Source: a virus (taxonomy: Duplodnaviria; Caudoviricetes). From it: a DNA stretch of 61,708 nt. This document shows positions 35,600 through 45,528 of this stretch, piece by piece. The notes under the pieces were generated by a model that did no database searches, had not been told where the DNA came from, and saw only the letters and a program-made list of their open reading frames with translations. A program made the position numbers and the translations under genes. Each line of letters starts with the position of its first letter. Within the stretch, counting starts at the first letter, position 1. The DNA lies in IMG/VR virus record IMGVR_UViG_3300047457_001340, positions 1 to 61,708 of that record; one strand, 5' to 3'.

Positions 35600-37164
35600 T
35601 TCCCACCAATCGAGTGAACCATTTGTCTAGCGCCATTCTTATAGATGAGGGTTGAGCTATGGAACCAGCTTGATGACCCCTGAGTATAGGGGAGTCTAAG
35701 GAAGCTGGACGTTCCGTTCTGCCAGAACCCGCGCAGTATCTTAGGAGAATGGCTATGGCCAACGACGCAATTGCCATACGCCTTTTCGAGTGTGGTTGCA
35801 CTTCCTTTGGCACCGTTTGCCCCCTTATCACCGTGAGCACCCAGCTCGATTCCGGCAATTCTATATGATTCATCACGCTTCAGCCAGCGTACTTTTTTGG
35901 GACTTTTTAGCCCAACCAAAGTTTCAATCGCATACCTGAACGGGTCTTTTCCTTCGGCCATGGCTGAAACCAGCTTGTGTGCCAAGAAGAAATTCTGAGG
36001 GTCTCTGAGGTATTTGCCTTCCTGCAGGTAGCGGGTGATGAAATCGTGGTGATTGGAGTCCACAATCACAACCTCATCGTACTGGGAGGTTTCTTCATCG
36101 ATAAACTTAGCGACCGACTTTAACTCCTCTTCCAAGGAAAGTCCGTTCTGCATGGCGAGCAGTGCCCTATTGATGTTTCTATTTTCTTCGTGATGATTGA
36201 CCGACAGGCCTGAGAACAGGTCGTGGTGAACCACTCTACGGCATCCCGTTGCCTTGGATACTTCGCGCCAAGCCTTCATGGCGGTGGGGTCGGTCTCAAG
36301 AACGTGGGTATCGCCTAATGAGAAGGCTTCTGGGGCAAGAGTTCCTACTTGATCGCCCTGATAATAAACACCTAAATCGACAAAGCTTCCGCCCTTTTCA
36401 CTTTGAATCTGTCTGAAATGAAAGATCTTATTGTCTTCAATCTCCACCACCACAGCACCCACCATATGGTCGTGCGCTGCAATGTAGTCCACGCGCTTGA
36501 TTTCTCCCTTGCCGGAAGTGTAGGCGCTTTTGGTGAGGGCTCCGGTGGACATGACCACATGGGGCAATTTATTGTCTCCCGTTGGGACAAACTCCATGAA
36601 TTGTTTGGGGGAAGCAACAATCACAGAGCCGTTTCTCTGGCCAATTCTGGAAAGACCCGTCAAAGGGTTGACGGACTTAGAGTTGACCTTAATAGAGGAC
36701 AGATGGAGATTGCTATTGAGGTTGGTGTCCTCAAAGATGAAATGCTCACCCGAAAGAGCCGGGTCCATATCGGACACAGAGCCGTTGGCTGGCAGGAGGA
36801 GTAGGGCTGCTCGGTTCTTTTTACAGTAGGTCTTCAGGCTTTTTAAAAAGCCTTTATGAACAGGGCACCCCGAAACAACCGTTGTTACCACAAACCTCTT
36901 ATAGTTCTTGAGGGTGGTTGCCAAAGACTTCTTTCTCTCCGGGGAATTGATAACATCTTCGATGATTCCCAAGAAGGCCCTTGGCTGCTCGCTCTTTGCA
37001 ACCTTTTTCAGGTTCTGAAGCGAGGTGAAGGCAGCGCGGATAGAATCCCTGCTATAGCCGACCTGAAGCATATCTGATCGGGTGGGGTGTCTGCCTAGCT
37101 TCTGGGCAGCCGCAATATAGGCGCTCAGAAGCTTTGATTGTTTCGGGGTAAGTCCCTTTTTCAT
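35584..37164 (-). CDS. Calcineurin-like metallophosphoesterase
   Basis: GDTH, HD, SNH, HGD, GHSH motifs. Confidence 0.8.
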   Translation of the reverse strand: MKKGLTPKQSKLLSAYIAAAQKLGRHPTRSDMLQVGYSRDSIRAAFTSLQNLKKVAKSEQPRAFLGIIEDVINSPERKKSLATTLKNYKRFVVTTVVSGCPVHKGFLKSLKTYCKKNRAALLLLPANGSVSDMDPALSGEHFIFEDTNLNSNLHLSSIKVNSKSVNPLTGLSRIGQRNGSVIVASPKQFMEFVPTGDNKLPHVVMSTGALTKSAYTSGKGEIKRVDYIAAHDHMVGAVVVEIEDNKIFHFRQIQSEKGGSFVDLGVYYQGDQVGTLAPEAFSLGDTHVLETDPTAMKAWREVSKATGCRRVVHHDLFSGLSVNHHEENRNINRALLAMQNGLSLEEELKSVAKFIDEETSQYDEVVIVDSNHHDFITRYLQEGKYLRDPQNFFLAHKLVSAMAEGKDPFRYAIETLVGLKSPKKVRWLKRDESYRIAGIELGAHGDKGANGAKGSATTLEKAYGNCVVGHSHSPKILRGFWQNGTSSFLRLPYTQGSSSWFHSSTLIYKNGARQMVHSIGGKWRVK

Positions 37165-37784
37165 TAGCCGCTCACTTGTGCTTCGGGTTTCTTTCTCAGA
37201 GATAGAAGAGTGGCCTCAAGCTCAAGGGTTTCGCCGTTGATGCTGGCTGCAAAACGGCGAGTTTCGCCCTTTGTTGCTCCAATCATGGCCGTGTCCAGCT
37301 CGGGGTAAAGCTCATTTTTACCCAGCTCCACCTTGCTTCGGGGGATGTTGTTGCTGGTTTCTTGGCCATCCTTAAATATTTTGATGGAGGTGGTGATGAT
37401 CATCCCGGTCTGGGCCTGCTCGCCATCGGCGTTCACAAGACCTCTGTCGGCATCGTCCTTCAAAGAGGCTTCGTCAAATTGCTTTACCTTAATGTCCCGA
37501 ACCGTATTGACAACATCGTCTTCCTTAACGGTGCCAGCTTCATTCAAGAGCTTCAGCATAGCCACGGAGCGCCAATCGGCTGCATCTGCCTTCACTTCGG
37601 TCCTGTTGTGAGCATTGGCGAGGGCCTCGAAGGCTTTTTCGAGTACAAACATTCTTTTATAGGCTGCGATAATGGTTTTGCCCATCTCCTCTAATTTGGC
37701 ATCTACACCAGCTGCTTGAACCTCAAAGTCCTTAACAGTGCTTTTTCCACGAAATCTTTCTTTCTTTTCCTTAGTTTTACTCAT
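37164..37784 (-). CDS. Coiled coil plus trigger-factor FKBP-like domain
   Basis: AQTGM.I......DG...VELG.....PELD.AMIG...GE...F resembles the trigger factor PPIase domain. Confidence 0.6.
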   Translation of the reverse strand: MSKTKEKKERFRGKSTVKDFEVQAAGVDAKLEEMGKTIIAAYKRMFVLEKAFEALANAHNRTEVKADAADWRSVAMLKLLNEAGTVKEDDVVNTVRDIKVKQFDEASLKDDADRGLVNADGEQAQTGMIITTSIKIFKDGQETSNNIPRSKVELGKNELYPELDTAMIGATKGETRRFAASINGETLELEATLLSLRKKPEAQVSG

Positions 37785-37802
37785 CTTTTCTTCCTTTCAG
37801 TC

Positions 37803-38231
37803 CTAAAAATTGGGCCCCATTGCATCCATCTCTTCAAGCTTCCTAAGAAGGGGGTCTGCTTCCTTTGCTGCCTTCGACTCTTTCAGAGGCTTTGCTCTAG
37901 CCATCATCTCCCGATCTTTGTCTGTTATACTGATTTGGTTTTTCTGAGTAGAAACGGGCAGTTCCTTAACTTGAGTTTGGGCCTGCTGTTGAGGCTCTGA
38001 GGGTTTGGCCATCAGCTTCTTGGTGAATGCCTTCAGGAAGGTTATTTCTTGCTCGGTGAGGTTTGTGGTGGATGGGGTTCCCATCAACTCAGCGAGCTGA
38101 GATTCCACCCAAGACGAAAACTCAACCTGAACCTCTTTTTGAACAGCCTCATCCTTGGTGACGTTCTTGAGGGTTAAGTCCAAAAGCCTTCTATAGGCGT
38201 TAATCTTTTCGATAACAAAATCTCTATCCAT
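37803..38231 (-). CDS. Hypothetical protein
   Basis: 142-aa ORF in operon. Confidence 0.65.
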   Translation of the reverse strand: MDRDFVIEKINAYRRLLDLTLKNVTKDEAVQKEVQVEFSSWVESQLAELMGTPSTTNLTEQEITFLKAFTKKLMAKPSEPQQQAQTQVKELPVSTQKNQISITDKDREMMARAKPLKESKAAKEADPLLRKLEEMDAMGPNF

Positions 38232-38799
38232 CTTCTTCTTCTCCTACAATCTTATCTACCAATCCCAGTTCTTTAGCGTGCTCTGCGGAAATGTAAGTGT
38301 CTAAGGCGCACTTCTTTTCCCAAAATTTGGTGTCCTTACCCGACCTCTCGGCGTAGATTTGGTACATCATTTTTCTAGTAATTTTAGATTGCTCAGCCTG
38401 CGACTCGAATGATTTGGGGGTTAGCGATGCTTCTTCGTGGCCATCGTGAATCATAATGAAGGCGTTGGGGTGGATAATTCTTTCATCTGCGGCTTGAAGA
38501 ACAATAGAGCCCATGGAGAATGCCGACCCAACTACCTCTATTGTAACGTGACATGGGCAGGCCTTGATCGAGTCATAGATAGCCATGCCAGAATAAAAGC
38601 ACCCGCCAAAGCTATTCAAGACAACATGAATGGGAGCCTCTGGGTTTTGCTTGCTGAGTAGATGGAGGGCTGTGATGAACCGTTCGGCACTCACATGATC
38701 AATCCCTCCCTCTAAAGAGTCCATCAAGAATATGGTTCTTGATTCCAGATGGATCTTATAATCAAAGGCCCGGTCAATGCTTTCTCGATTGAATCTCAT
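38224..38799 (-). CDS. clpP: ClpP-like serine protease
   Basis: LNSFGG, AIYD, G.AFSMG, MIH, DTYISA..A..LGLVD. Confidence 0.9.
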   Translation of the reverse strand: MRFNRESIDRAFDYKIHLESRTIFLMDSLEGGIDHVSAERFITALHLLSKQNPEAPIHVVLNSFGGCFYSGMAIYDSIKACPCHVTIEVVGSAFSMGSIVLQAADERIIHPNAFIMIHDGHEEASLTPKSFESQAEQSKITRKMMYQIYAERSGKDTKFWEKKCALDTYISAEHAKELGLVDKIVGEEEDG

Positions 38800-39008
38800 T
38801 GATATTCAGCCTCTTCCCCATACTCCAGCTCGGAGAGCGCTTTTCTGTAGAGCCTGAGTTGGGATGATTCAATTACCTGATCACACTCTGGACAGTCATA
38901 TCCATCGAGTCCAACCGGATTCTCAATAGGAACAACTACCTCATCGCATCGAGGGCATCTAATTCCAATCTGGCCATCACTGAGCTTGTAAACTTTTAGT
39001 TGTCTCAT
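38796..39008 (-). CDS. Zinc-ribbon protein
   Basis: CPRC...CPEC; coupled to clpP. Confidence 0.6.
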   Translation of the reverse strand: MRQLKVYKLSDGQIGIRCPRCDEVVVPIENPVGLDGYDCPECDQVIESSQLRLYRKALSELEYGEEAEYQ

Positions 39009-39016
39009 CTCCTATT

Positions 39017-39043
39017 CTTATACGGAACTTGAATCGGTATAAC
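39017..39043. promoter_or_regulatory. Back-to-back phage promoter motifs
   Basis: TTCCGTATAAG on - and ATCGGTATAAC on +, each facing a divergent gene. Confidence 0.7.
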
Positions 39044-39048
39044 TGCAT

Positions 39049-39384
39049 ATGGGAATAGCCTACTTAATTAGTCTAATGTGTACCGACCCATATAGACCTG
39101 CCAACTATGTGGAGGCATGTAATTATGGGGCTAAAGCCTTTTTTGTGCAGTCTGGAATTGAACGCAATGTCAATAACTTAGAAAGCTTTCTTACCAAAGA
39201 GACTAGGAAAATGGTTATTGCCCAAACTGGCGAAAAGCCCCTCTACTTCGCACTAAGCGCACTAACCGTCGTAAGACAAAGAGGTTTTTCATTCAACTTA
39301 GGCCGAATAGATGTCCTTCGCTCTAATGCCAACATGTCTGTGGGCATGGACGGAGCCTCGCTTGGAATGAGTTGGGGGTTTTAA
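39049..39384 (+). CDS. Hypothetical envelope protein
   Basis: Ends in beta strands with a terminal Phe (SLGMSWGF). Confidence 0.55.
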   Translation: MGIAYLISLMCTDPYRPANYVEACNYGAKAFFVQSGIERNVNNLESFLTKETRKMVIAQTGEKPLYFALSALTVVRQRGFSFNLGRIDVLRSNANMSVGMDGASLGMSWGF

Positions 39385-39887
39385 TGATAAAAGAGTTTTC
39401 ATCAATATTGGTTTTTATGGTTTTCCTTACCGCCTACAGCCACAAGGATACCGCCTCCTACACCTTAGATAAGGCAATCACTGAATATGAGGCTAACCTT
39501 ATAAATAAGGGGATAGGTGTTCTTGAGGGTTATCAAGAAGGTGGGTTTATGCACTCCCAAAACCCGGATATCAGAATCACCCTAAAATTTGGGGAATTGG
39601 ATGGCGACACCGTTGGTCTTGCTGAGGTGGGTGGTGATGAATGTAACATCACGATTGAGAACGAAATCAACCCATCTAATTACACACATTCGGACCCAAA
39701 GATTCGGCGTGAGGTGATGAAGCAGTTTAAGGTCACCCTTATTCATGAGATCGGGCACTGCTTTGGTCTTGAGCACGATGAGGGTCTCAATGAAATCATG
39801 TCTCCGTACTACAATAGTGAGGCCGCGACACAAGAGGCCTTTGATAGGTTTAATGAGGCCCTTCGCCGGGCAAGAAAGGGTTTATGA
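39384..39887 (+). CDS. Matrixin/M10-like zinc metalloprotease
   Basis: N-terminal hydrophobic leader, HEIGHCFGLEH, Met-turn IMSP. Confidence 0.85.
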   Translation: MIKEFSSILVFMVFLTAYSHKDTASYTLDKAITEYEANLINKGIGVLEGYQEGGFMHSQNPDIRITLKFGELDGDTVGLAEVGGDECNITIENEINPSNYTHSDPKIRREVMKQFKVTLIHEIGHCFGLEHDEGLNEIMSPYYNSEAATQEAFDRFNEALRRARKGL

Positions 39888-40243
39888 TTACAATTCACGG
39901 AGTAACCTTATTTAGCGATGTGGATGAAACCCTGATTTTATTTGGAAAAGAAGATCATCCCGAGGCCATCGAGCTTGAAAACAACGGCTTTAAGATGAGG
40001 GTGGTTCCACACAAAAAGCACATCGACATGATTAAAAGGTGCAAGTTTAGGGGTCATCGGATTGTTGTGTGGAGTGCTGGCGGAAGTGAATGGGCTGAGC
40101 ATGTGGTGAAAAGCCTTGGACTTGAAGACTATGTCGATTTGGTGATTTCAAAGCCTGACTTTTACATCGACGACCTGAAATCAGACAAGTTTATGCCGGA
40201 GTCCAACCGAGTCTATTTTAACGATTACGAAGACAAAGAATGA
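39884..40243 (+). CDS. HAD-superfamily phosphatase
   Basis: DVDETL, WSAGG, KP, YIDD. Confidence 0.85.
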   Translation: MITIHGVTLFSDVDETLILFGKEDHPEAIELENNGFKMRVVPHKKHIDMIKRCKFRGHRIVVWSAGGSEWAEHVVKSLGLEDYVDLVISKPDFYIDDLKSDKFMPESNRVYFNDYEDKE

Positions 40244-40434
40244 TACTGTGTAAACGCTGCGGCAAAGAAATCAATGCAGACTGCCTCGACTGCATAGCGG
40301 AAGACATTAAGGCTGCTAAAGTAGCTACAGATTCTCAGCTAGAAGAAGCCAAGCAGCTCGCTCAAAAGATTCAAATTGATGCTATTGAGGCTATTATTGC
40401 CTACCTTCGGAATAGAGATGGAGATAGGGAGTAG
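40240..40434 (+). CDS. Small Cys-containing protein
   Basis: CKRC...CLDC; ATGA coupling. Confidence 0.55.
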   Translation: MILCKRCGKEINADCLDCIAEDIKAAKVATDSQLEEAKQLAQKIQIDAIEAIIAYLRNRDGDRE

Positions 40435-40566
40435 GAATAAGGTCTCTGTAGACCTTGACAACCTTTTTTAGATTAAAGGTTCTGAGTGTTGGGTCTTTTC
40501 CAGTGAAGGCTTCATAAATCGTCATTGTTGTGACAACAACAATCAGGGCGCTCAAGATCTTATACA

Positions 40567-40686
40567 TCACTCACCCTCCACAATAAGCTCAACTGGTTCT
40601 TCTTCCCCAATTTCACCATTGAAGAATCTGTCAAGCCACTTGGGGTCAATGGGTTTGTCAAATATCTTATAGTGTTCTTCACTCAT
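40567..40686 (-). CDS. Small acidic peptide (39 aa)
   Basis: MSEEHYKIFDK...; GGGAG RBS. Confidence 0.4.
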   Translation of the reverse strand: MSEEHYKIFDKPIDPKWLDRFFNGEIGEEEPVELIVEGE

Positions 40687-40721
40687 ACTCCCAGACTACA
40701 GCCTTGGAGCAAAAAAGTCAA

Positions 40722-42092
40722 CTACAATTTATCTTTGTGAATGGATTCTTTCGAGTAGAGGCGCATTCCAATAGTGGGGTGGTAAGCCCATGTATAGACT
40801 ACTCTATGGTCTTCTGGGACATGGACATCCTCTTCATTTCCATGTCTAATAGCCTTAAAGATCACATAGTCTTGGCCATTGTGGTTTTGAACCTTCATGT
40901 GGACCGTGTTTTTGTTCTGAAACAGGGCTGCCAAATGCCTTGCCCTCGGGAAGTGGGTCTTGCCCGTCTTCCCCTCTTTGGTGGGGATGAGGTGCTTGTT
41001 GGGGTGCTGCTCAATGGCATTAAAGAAGGAATTCACAAGCTGCTGGTGTTCTGGCTTCTGAATGCTGGTGAAGAACTCCTTGCCTTGGGCAATGGCTTTA
41101 TCGTGTTCCTTGGATACCGCCTCATTGTTGCGCCATGCCAATTCTCCCAAATGCCTTGTGGCCACATAGTCGCCCAAGCTGTCTTTGATGTGGGTCGGGG
41201 GACGATTGGCCTTTACGAGCGGCTCAGGAAGCTCCAAAATGGCTTTTCTTAGGCCTGTCTGGTAATGGTATTCGGAGTGGTCCTTCCCTTTGTAGGTCAG
41301 GTTTGACCCATTGAAACCCCAGCCGGGGGTGATTTCATGGAGGATGTGGCGTTCGTTGGGATGTGTCGAATCGATCGTAGGGAGCCAGTCTTTGGCCTTG
41401 CGCCCGATGTTAGAGCCGTTATTCATGAGGTCTGACATCTTGTAAACTTTGGGTGTGATTCCATCGGCTAGAAACCAAAACTTTAAACAGTGCTTGCAGG
41501 TTGCTTCGTCCGATGGGCCTGATTTATAGACGTAGATTTCATCGGGCTGCCTATTGGGGTTAGCCGTAATGATGGCGTCCATCGAGCCCCAGTTGGAAGC
41601 GCGATTCAGCTCTGTGGTGACAATCGTGCGCCAACGATGCTCCCAGTTGTCCACCTTACCTCTGAGGGTAGCGGCTAAGTTCTTGGAATACTTGTTCTTG
41701 TCTTTGAGAACCTCGTAAATCTGCTGGCCTTCTCGTCTGTCAAAGATCGGCATGAGGTGGCTTTCGATCGTGGCCATCATGTCTGTTTTGAGGCTTTCGC
41801 CCGCTTTCTCAGAATAAGCCTGAAACATTCGCTCCAAAAACTTAATAGCACCATCACGGATAGCCTTGGGGGCAGGCCCCGCCGTGGTTCCCACCAATGC
41901 TTTGGCATGGGTTCTAATATAGGCCTCGCTCACCGCAGTCTTGGTGGGGCGTGAAATCATCCCGTTTCTAGCCAAGTCCTGAAGCTCTGCCCTAGAAAGG
42001 GCGTGTGGCCCGATCGACATATATCTCAGGTAGGCAATGAAGCGTTTGATGGCCGCCTCAATAGTATTTCGAGCTTTATTGGACAGTGCCAT
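40722..42092 (-). CDS. MuF/SPP1 gp7-like head morphogenesis protein with C-terminal extension
   Basis: IVTTEL, TCKHC, HPNERH (variant of HPNCRC); immediately downstream of portal. Confidence 0.75.
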   Translation of the reverse strand: MALSNKARNTIEAAIKRFIAYLRYMSIGPHALSRAELQDLARNGMISRPTKTAVSEAYIRTHAKALVGTTAGPAPKAIRDGAIKFLERMFQAYSEKAGESLKTDMMATIESHLMPIFDRREGQQIYEVLKDKNKYSKNLAATLRGKVDNWEHRWRTIVTTELNRASNWGSMDAIITANPNRQPDEIYVYKSGPSDEATCKHCLKFWFLADGITPKVYKMSDLMNNGSNIGRKAKDWLPTIDSTHPNERHILHEITPGWGFNGSNLTYKGKDHSEYHYQTGLRKAILELPEPLVKANRPPTHIKDSLGDYVATRHLGELAWRNNEAVSKEHDKAIAQGKEFFTSIQKPEHQQLVNSFFNAIEQHPNKHLIPTKEGKTGKTHFPRARHLAALFQNKNTVHMKVQNHNGQDYVIFKAIRHGNEEDVHVPEDHRVVYTWAYHPTIGMRLYSKESIHKDKL

Positions 42093-44083
42093 TACTCGTC
42101 CTTATTGTCTTTGTCTTCCATGTCATCTTTGATGGCTTGGAAAACGTCTTTCAGAAGGAATTTCGATGCCCTATCAAACTCTTTCATCAGATGATCGCGC
42201 ATTTCCTCGACATGATCATCCTGAATGCGCCTCACTGAACCTTCGGCCTTCTGGAGGTCAAGGTTGTGCTGCATAGCTTTAAAGAGCTGTGGGTTCATGG
42301 CAATATACTGCTCGATAGCCTGAGCTTGAGCTTGAGCCTGCTGTTGCATCATCTCCTGCTGGGCTTGGGCATCTTGCTCAGACTGCTCGCCACCTTGCTG
42401 GTCTTGCTGCTGGTCCTCTTCCCCGCCTTCCTGAGGAGGAGCCTCTTCTTGGCCCTGCTGGGCCATAGCCTGCTGCTGCATCATCTGCATCTGAATCTGC
42501 TGCCACTGGAACCACAGCGGATCTGGGACATATTGGAGGTCTGGGCGTTCGCTTGCGCCTTGAATCCCCATAAATAGCTCCATAAACATCCCCTTAGGCA
42601 TGTTTGTCTGGAGGGTCTGAAGGAGAAGTGGGTTCATGATAAGCTCGCCGCCCACTTCAATAGGCTTCTTATCTACTTGTTTTCTGGCCTCATTGATTGT
42701 GGTATGAAGATTGGTCTCGGCCTGAAGGCGTGCGATTTCTTCCTGCTCAGTCTCTGCGTCCATGCCCACAAACTGGAAGTGATACTTTTCAGCAATCTTG
42801 TGTCCAAAGGCATTGGGAAGAATGTCTTCGTTAAGGATAGACTCAATTCGGTTGAGGATGGGCCTTAAACCACGGTCGCGACTTGCGGTGATTTTCCAGC
42901 TATTGCTACTTTCGGAGAGAGCCCTCTGGCCGGGTTCCTTGGAGAGGTGGCCAAAGCCGATCTCTTCTGCGTCAATGCCGAAGGCTGCGCAAATGGTGAG
43001 CAGGATGTGCTGCTGATAGGCTGCAAACTCCATGTCGCGATTGGACATGGTGAGGGGCTGCCACTGGACGCCTTGAATGCCGGAAAGGACTGGGGTGCGC
43101 CATGCATTTTGCGGTCCAGTGGTTTGCTGGGTCCACTGAGCCTGAAGCGCTTTTAGAGTGTTCGGTGGAACATCTCCCTGAATCACCAACACCCCACGGC
43201 TGGCTACACCGTGCGTAAAGAACTGTTTCTGATGGTTTTCTATCTGAAGATGCGTCGTGATGGCCGAGATCGCTCGTTCAAGCGGTCCATAACAATACCC
43301 ATTGAGATCAATGTCAGACTCAAGGTTGTAGCGGCCAAAGATAAGCTCATCGTGAGCGAAGCCTTCCACAACTTTCCCGCCAATGACTTGGACATACTCG
43401 TATTCTCCGTCTTGAATGGATTTAGCAGAAACTTTCTTTTCATCAATCGCATTGCGCCAAATGTCACGGTAATCTTGAATCATTTTGGCATCGACTTTCT
43501 TGTTGGCGTAATAAATGGTCTCAGCTGCCAAGGGAAGAAATGCGTAGAGGTCCTGCCCGACGCTTCTTACCTTTTCAATGGCACAATGACCATACACCAG
43601 CATATCGCGAGTGACGACGTAGCAGAACTGGTCAAACGCCATCTTGTCGTCGTGGGTGCGATTTCCAGTCTTGCCACAATTGAGGATGTACTCCTCGATC
43701 TTTCTCACCTCATCGGCATCGGCTTCGGTCTCATTGTTCTTTGGAGCAATTTTAAAGCCTAGATCAAAACGATTGACAGGCTTCTTGGCGCAGGATGCCA
43801 CTTGATTAGCCCTAACGTCGATGATGGCAGCAACAAAGGGGTCGCGGCGGGAGACTTGCTTGAGAATGGTGGGTGAAAGGTAGGTGCTCTTGGGCTTAAA
43901 GAGGCCACCACCAGCAAAGACCTGTTCGCTAAAGGGGTCAAACAGGAGGCCTTTTCTCGTGATAGAGCCATCTTCTTTGACAGCTTTAGAGAGGTCTTCT
44001 TCGGACTTGCTTAAGTCCTCAATTCTCTTGTCGAGGGAAGCATTAATGTAGTCATAAAACTTGGTAAAGATATTGTCAGCCAT
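42092..44083 (-). CDS. Portal protein
   Basis: YG.LE.A, FF.HG...GVL, NAWRTP, DMEF, AAFGID.EEIG, TINEAR, GG..I.NP. Confidence 0.92.
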   Translation of the reverse strand: MADNIFTKFYDYINASLDKRIEDLSKSEEDLSKAVKEDGSITRKGLLFDPFSEQVFAGGGLFKPKSTYLSPTILKQVSRRDPFVAAIIDVRANQVASCAKKPVNRFDLGFKIAPKNNETEADADEVRKIEEYILNCGKTGNRTHDDKMAFDQFCYVVTRDMLVYGHCAIEKVRSVGQDLYAFLPLAAETIYYANKKVDAKMIQDYRDIWRNAIDEKKVSAKSIQDGEYEYVQVIGGKVVEGFAHDELIFGRYNLESDIDLNGYCYGPLERAISAITTHLQIENHQKQFFTHGVASRGVLVIQGDVPPNTLKALQAQWTQQTTGPQNAWRTPVLSGIQGVQWQPLTMSNRDMEFAAYQQHILLTICAAFGIDAEEIGFGHLSKEPGQRALSESSNSWKITASRDRGLRPILNRIESILNEDILPNAFGHKIAEKYHFQFVGMDAETEQEEIARLQAETNLHTTINEARKQVDKKPIEVGGELIMNPLLLQTLQTNMPKGMFMELFMGIQGASERPDLQYVPDPLWFQWQQIQMQMMQQQAMAQQGQEEAPPQEGGEEDQQQDQQGGEQSEQDAQAQQEMMQQQAQAQAQAIEQYIAMNPQLFKAMQHNLDLQKAEGSVRRIQDDHVEEMRDHLMKEFDRASKFLLKDVFQAIKDDMEDKDNKDE

Positions 44084-44612
44084 TTTTCTTTGCCTTCTTA
44101 TATTGAGCCCTTAGCTCTAAAACCTTTTCCACAATCTCCTGTGGGTAAACTTGAAGCTTCTTCTTGGTGAACTTCTTAAGACCTTCTCGGATGAAGTTTT
44201 CGTCATCACTGTTTTGAATCTGCTCCAAAAGCTCGCTATCTTTAATGAGCTGCCTAGCTTGGCGCTCAGAATTAGTCTTGGCCTGATGACAATGCTGGCA
44301 GATAGGTTGTAAGTTGCTTGCGTCACAAAACAGTCTGTCCACAAATTGATTCCAGTCCTTGAATCCGTGAACTGGGTGAATCACGGGTTCAATGTGGTCA
44401 ACTGCTATTTTGGTGGAGCCAACGTATTCTTTACACATATTGCACTGATACTGGACACTATCCTTTTTAGCCCGGCTCCCATCTTTATTGTATTTGGGAA
44501 CCTCTCTTCTGACCTTTTGAAGAACCTCTCTCACAACCGGGCTCCTAGAAAAGGTCCTTCTAATTGCCCCCCTAATTGCGGCATTCTGGTTGAATGGGGG
44601 CCTCTTTTTCAC
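44076..44612 (-). CDS. HNH endonuclease
   Basis: CNMC, VDHIEP, NLQPICQHCH..KT. Confidence 0.85.
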   Translation of the reverse strand: MKKRPPFNQNAAIRGAIRRTFSRSPVVREVLQKVRREVPKYNKDGSRAKKDSVQYQCNMCKEYVGSTKIAVDHIEPVIHPVHGFKDWNQFVDRLFCDASNLQPICQHCHQAKTNSERQARQLIKDSELLEQIQNSDDENFIREGLKKFTKKKLQVYPQEIVEKVLELRAQYKKAKKNG

Positions 44613-44616
44613 ACAA

Positions 44617-45528
44617 TCACTCCGAAAGAATCAGCATACCGTTAACGGGCTGAATGCCCGGATTACTCACCTTCACCTCAAAAACCTTGCCCCGCTTCAG
44701 AAGAAGGCCGGGGTTTCTTGCCAAGTCACCTTCAACATGGGGCTCAACCTCAATTGAGGTGGTGCTCTCTCCATTGAGAGAAACCAGAACCTTGCGGTCA
44801 GTGGCCATCATCAGCCACTTGTAAGCGTAGGGATAAACAGAGATACCGGACGACGCTCCGGTGACCGATTCTGCAATCACATTAGGGTTCAACACTTCGA
44901 TGAAGTCTGCAGTGACACGGCTAATGACGAATGTTCCGCGATTGGAGAATGCGAATTCGGAGGCTGTGATATCAATCACATCGCCCTTTTGAACGGGGCC
45001 AGCAGAAGAAATCAGAACCTCTCCAGTGACAACCTCAGGGGCACCGAGCGGATTGATGAATTCCACATAACTTGCTCCACGGTTCAGAACAGTGAAGTCG
45101 CCTTGGTTGTAAATGTTAAATGCACCGCTCATGGTGACAATGTCGCCAGCCACAGTGGTGGAAAGGGTTGGGATAGCTCCGCCTGTTGCAGTGAGCTTCA
45201 TGATGTCGCCAGTGCGTGTGAGGGTCCATTCCGTTGTGTTATCTCCTGCATCGCGCTTGGTGGCTTGACCAAAAGACCCCTCGATCTTCATCTTTCCGCT
45301 ACTGGCTGAGATAGCAAACACAGTGAATGGGGTGTAAGAGATGGTTCTTGCTGTGCTTGCCACCACCATGCTTTCGCCGGGGCCGAGGTTAATCGGCATG
45401 TTTCGGAAGTTGTCGGTGGGCAGACCCAGCATTGAATATTTGATATCAGCAAGGCGGACCTGAGGCTGGTTAGAGGCCGGGCCATCGACATAAGAGAGGA
45501 GGTTTAGGGATAGGTTTAATAGTGACAT
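44617..45528 (-). CDS. Virion structural protein with internal repeat
   Basis: GDIV.....F...N.G.F.V repeated twice; beta-rich. Confidence 0.6.
   Translation of the reverse strand: MSLLNLSLNLLSYVDGPASNQPQVRLADIKYSMLGLPTDNFRNMPINLGPGESMVVASTARTISYTPFTVFAISASSGKMKIEGSFGQATKRDAGDNTTEWTLTRTGDIMKLTATGGAIPTLSTTVAGDIVTMSGAFNIYNQGDFTVLNRGASYVEFINPLGAPEVVTGEVLISSAGPVQKGDVIDITASEFAFSNRGTFVISRVTADFIEVLNPNVIAESVTGASSGISVYPYAYKWLMMATDRKVLVSLNGESTTSIEVEPHVEGDLARNPGLLLKRGKVFEVKVSNPGIQPVNGMLILSE

Noticed and set aside
42300-42500. Q/E-rich tail shared between the portal and the mCpol protein
   Set aside because: Low-complexity similarity only; homology cannot be supported
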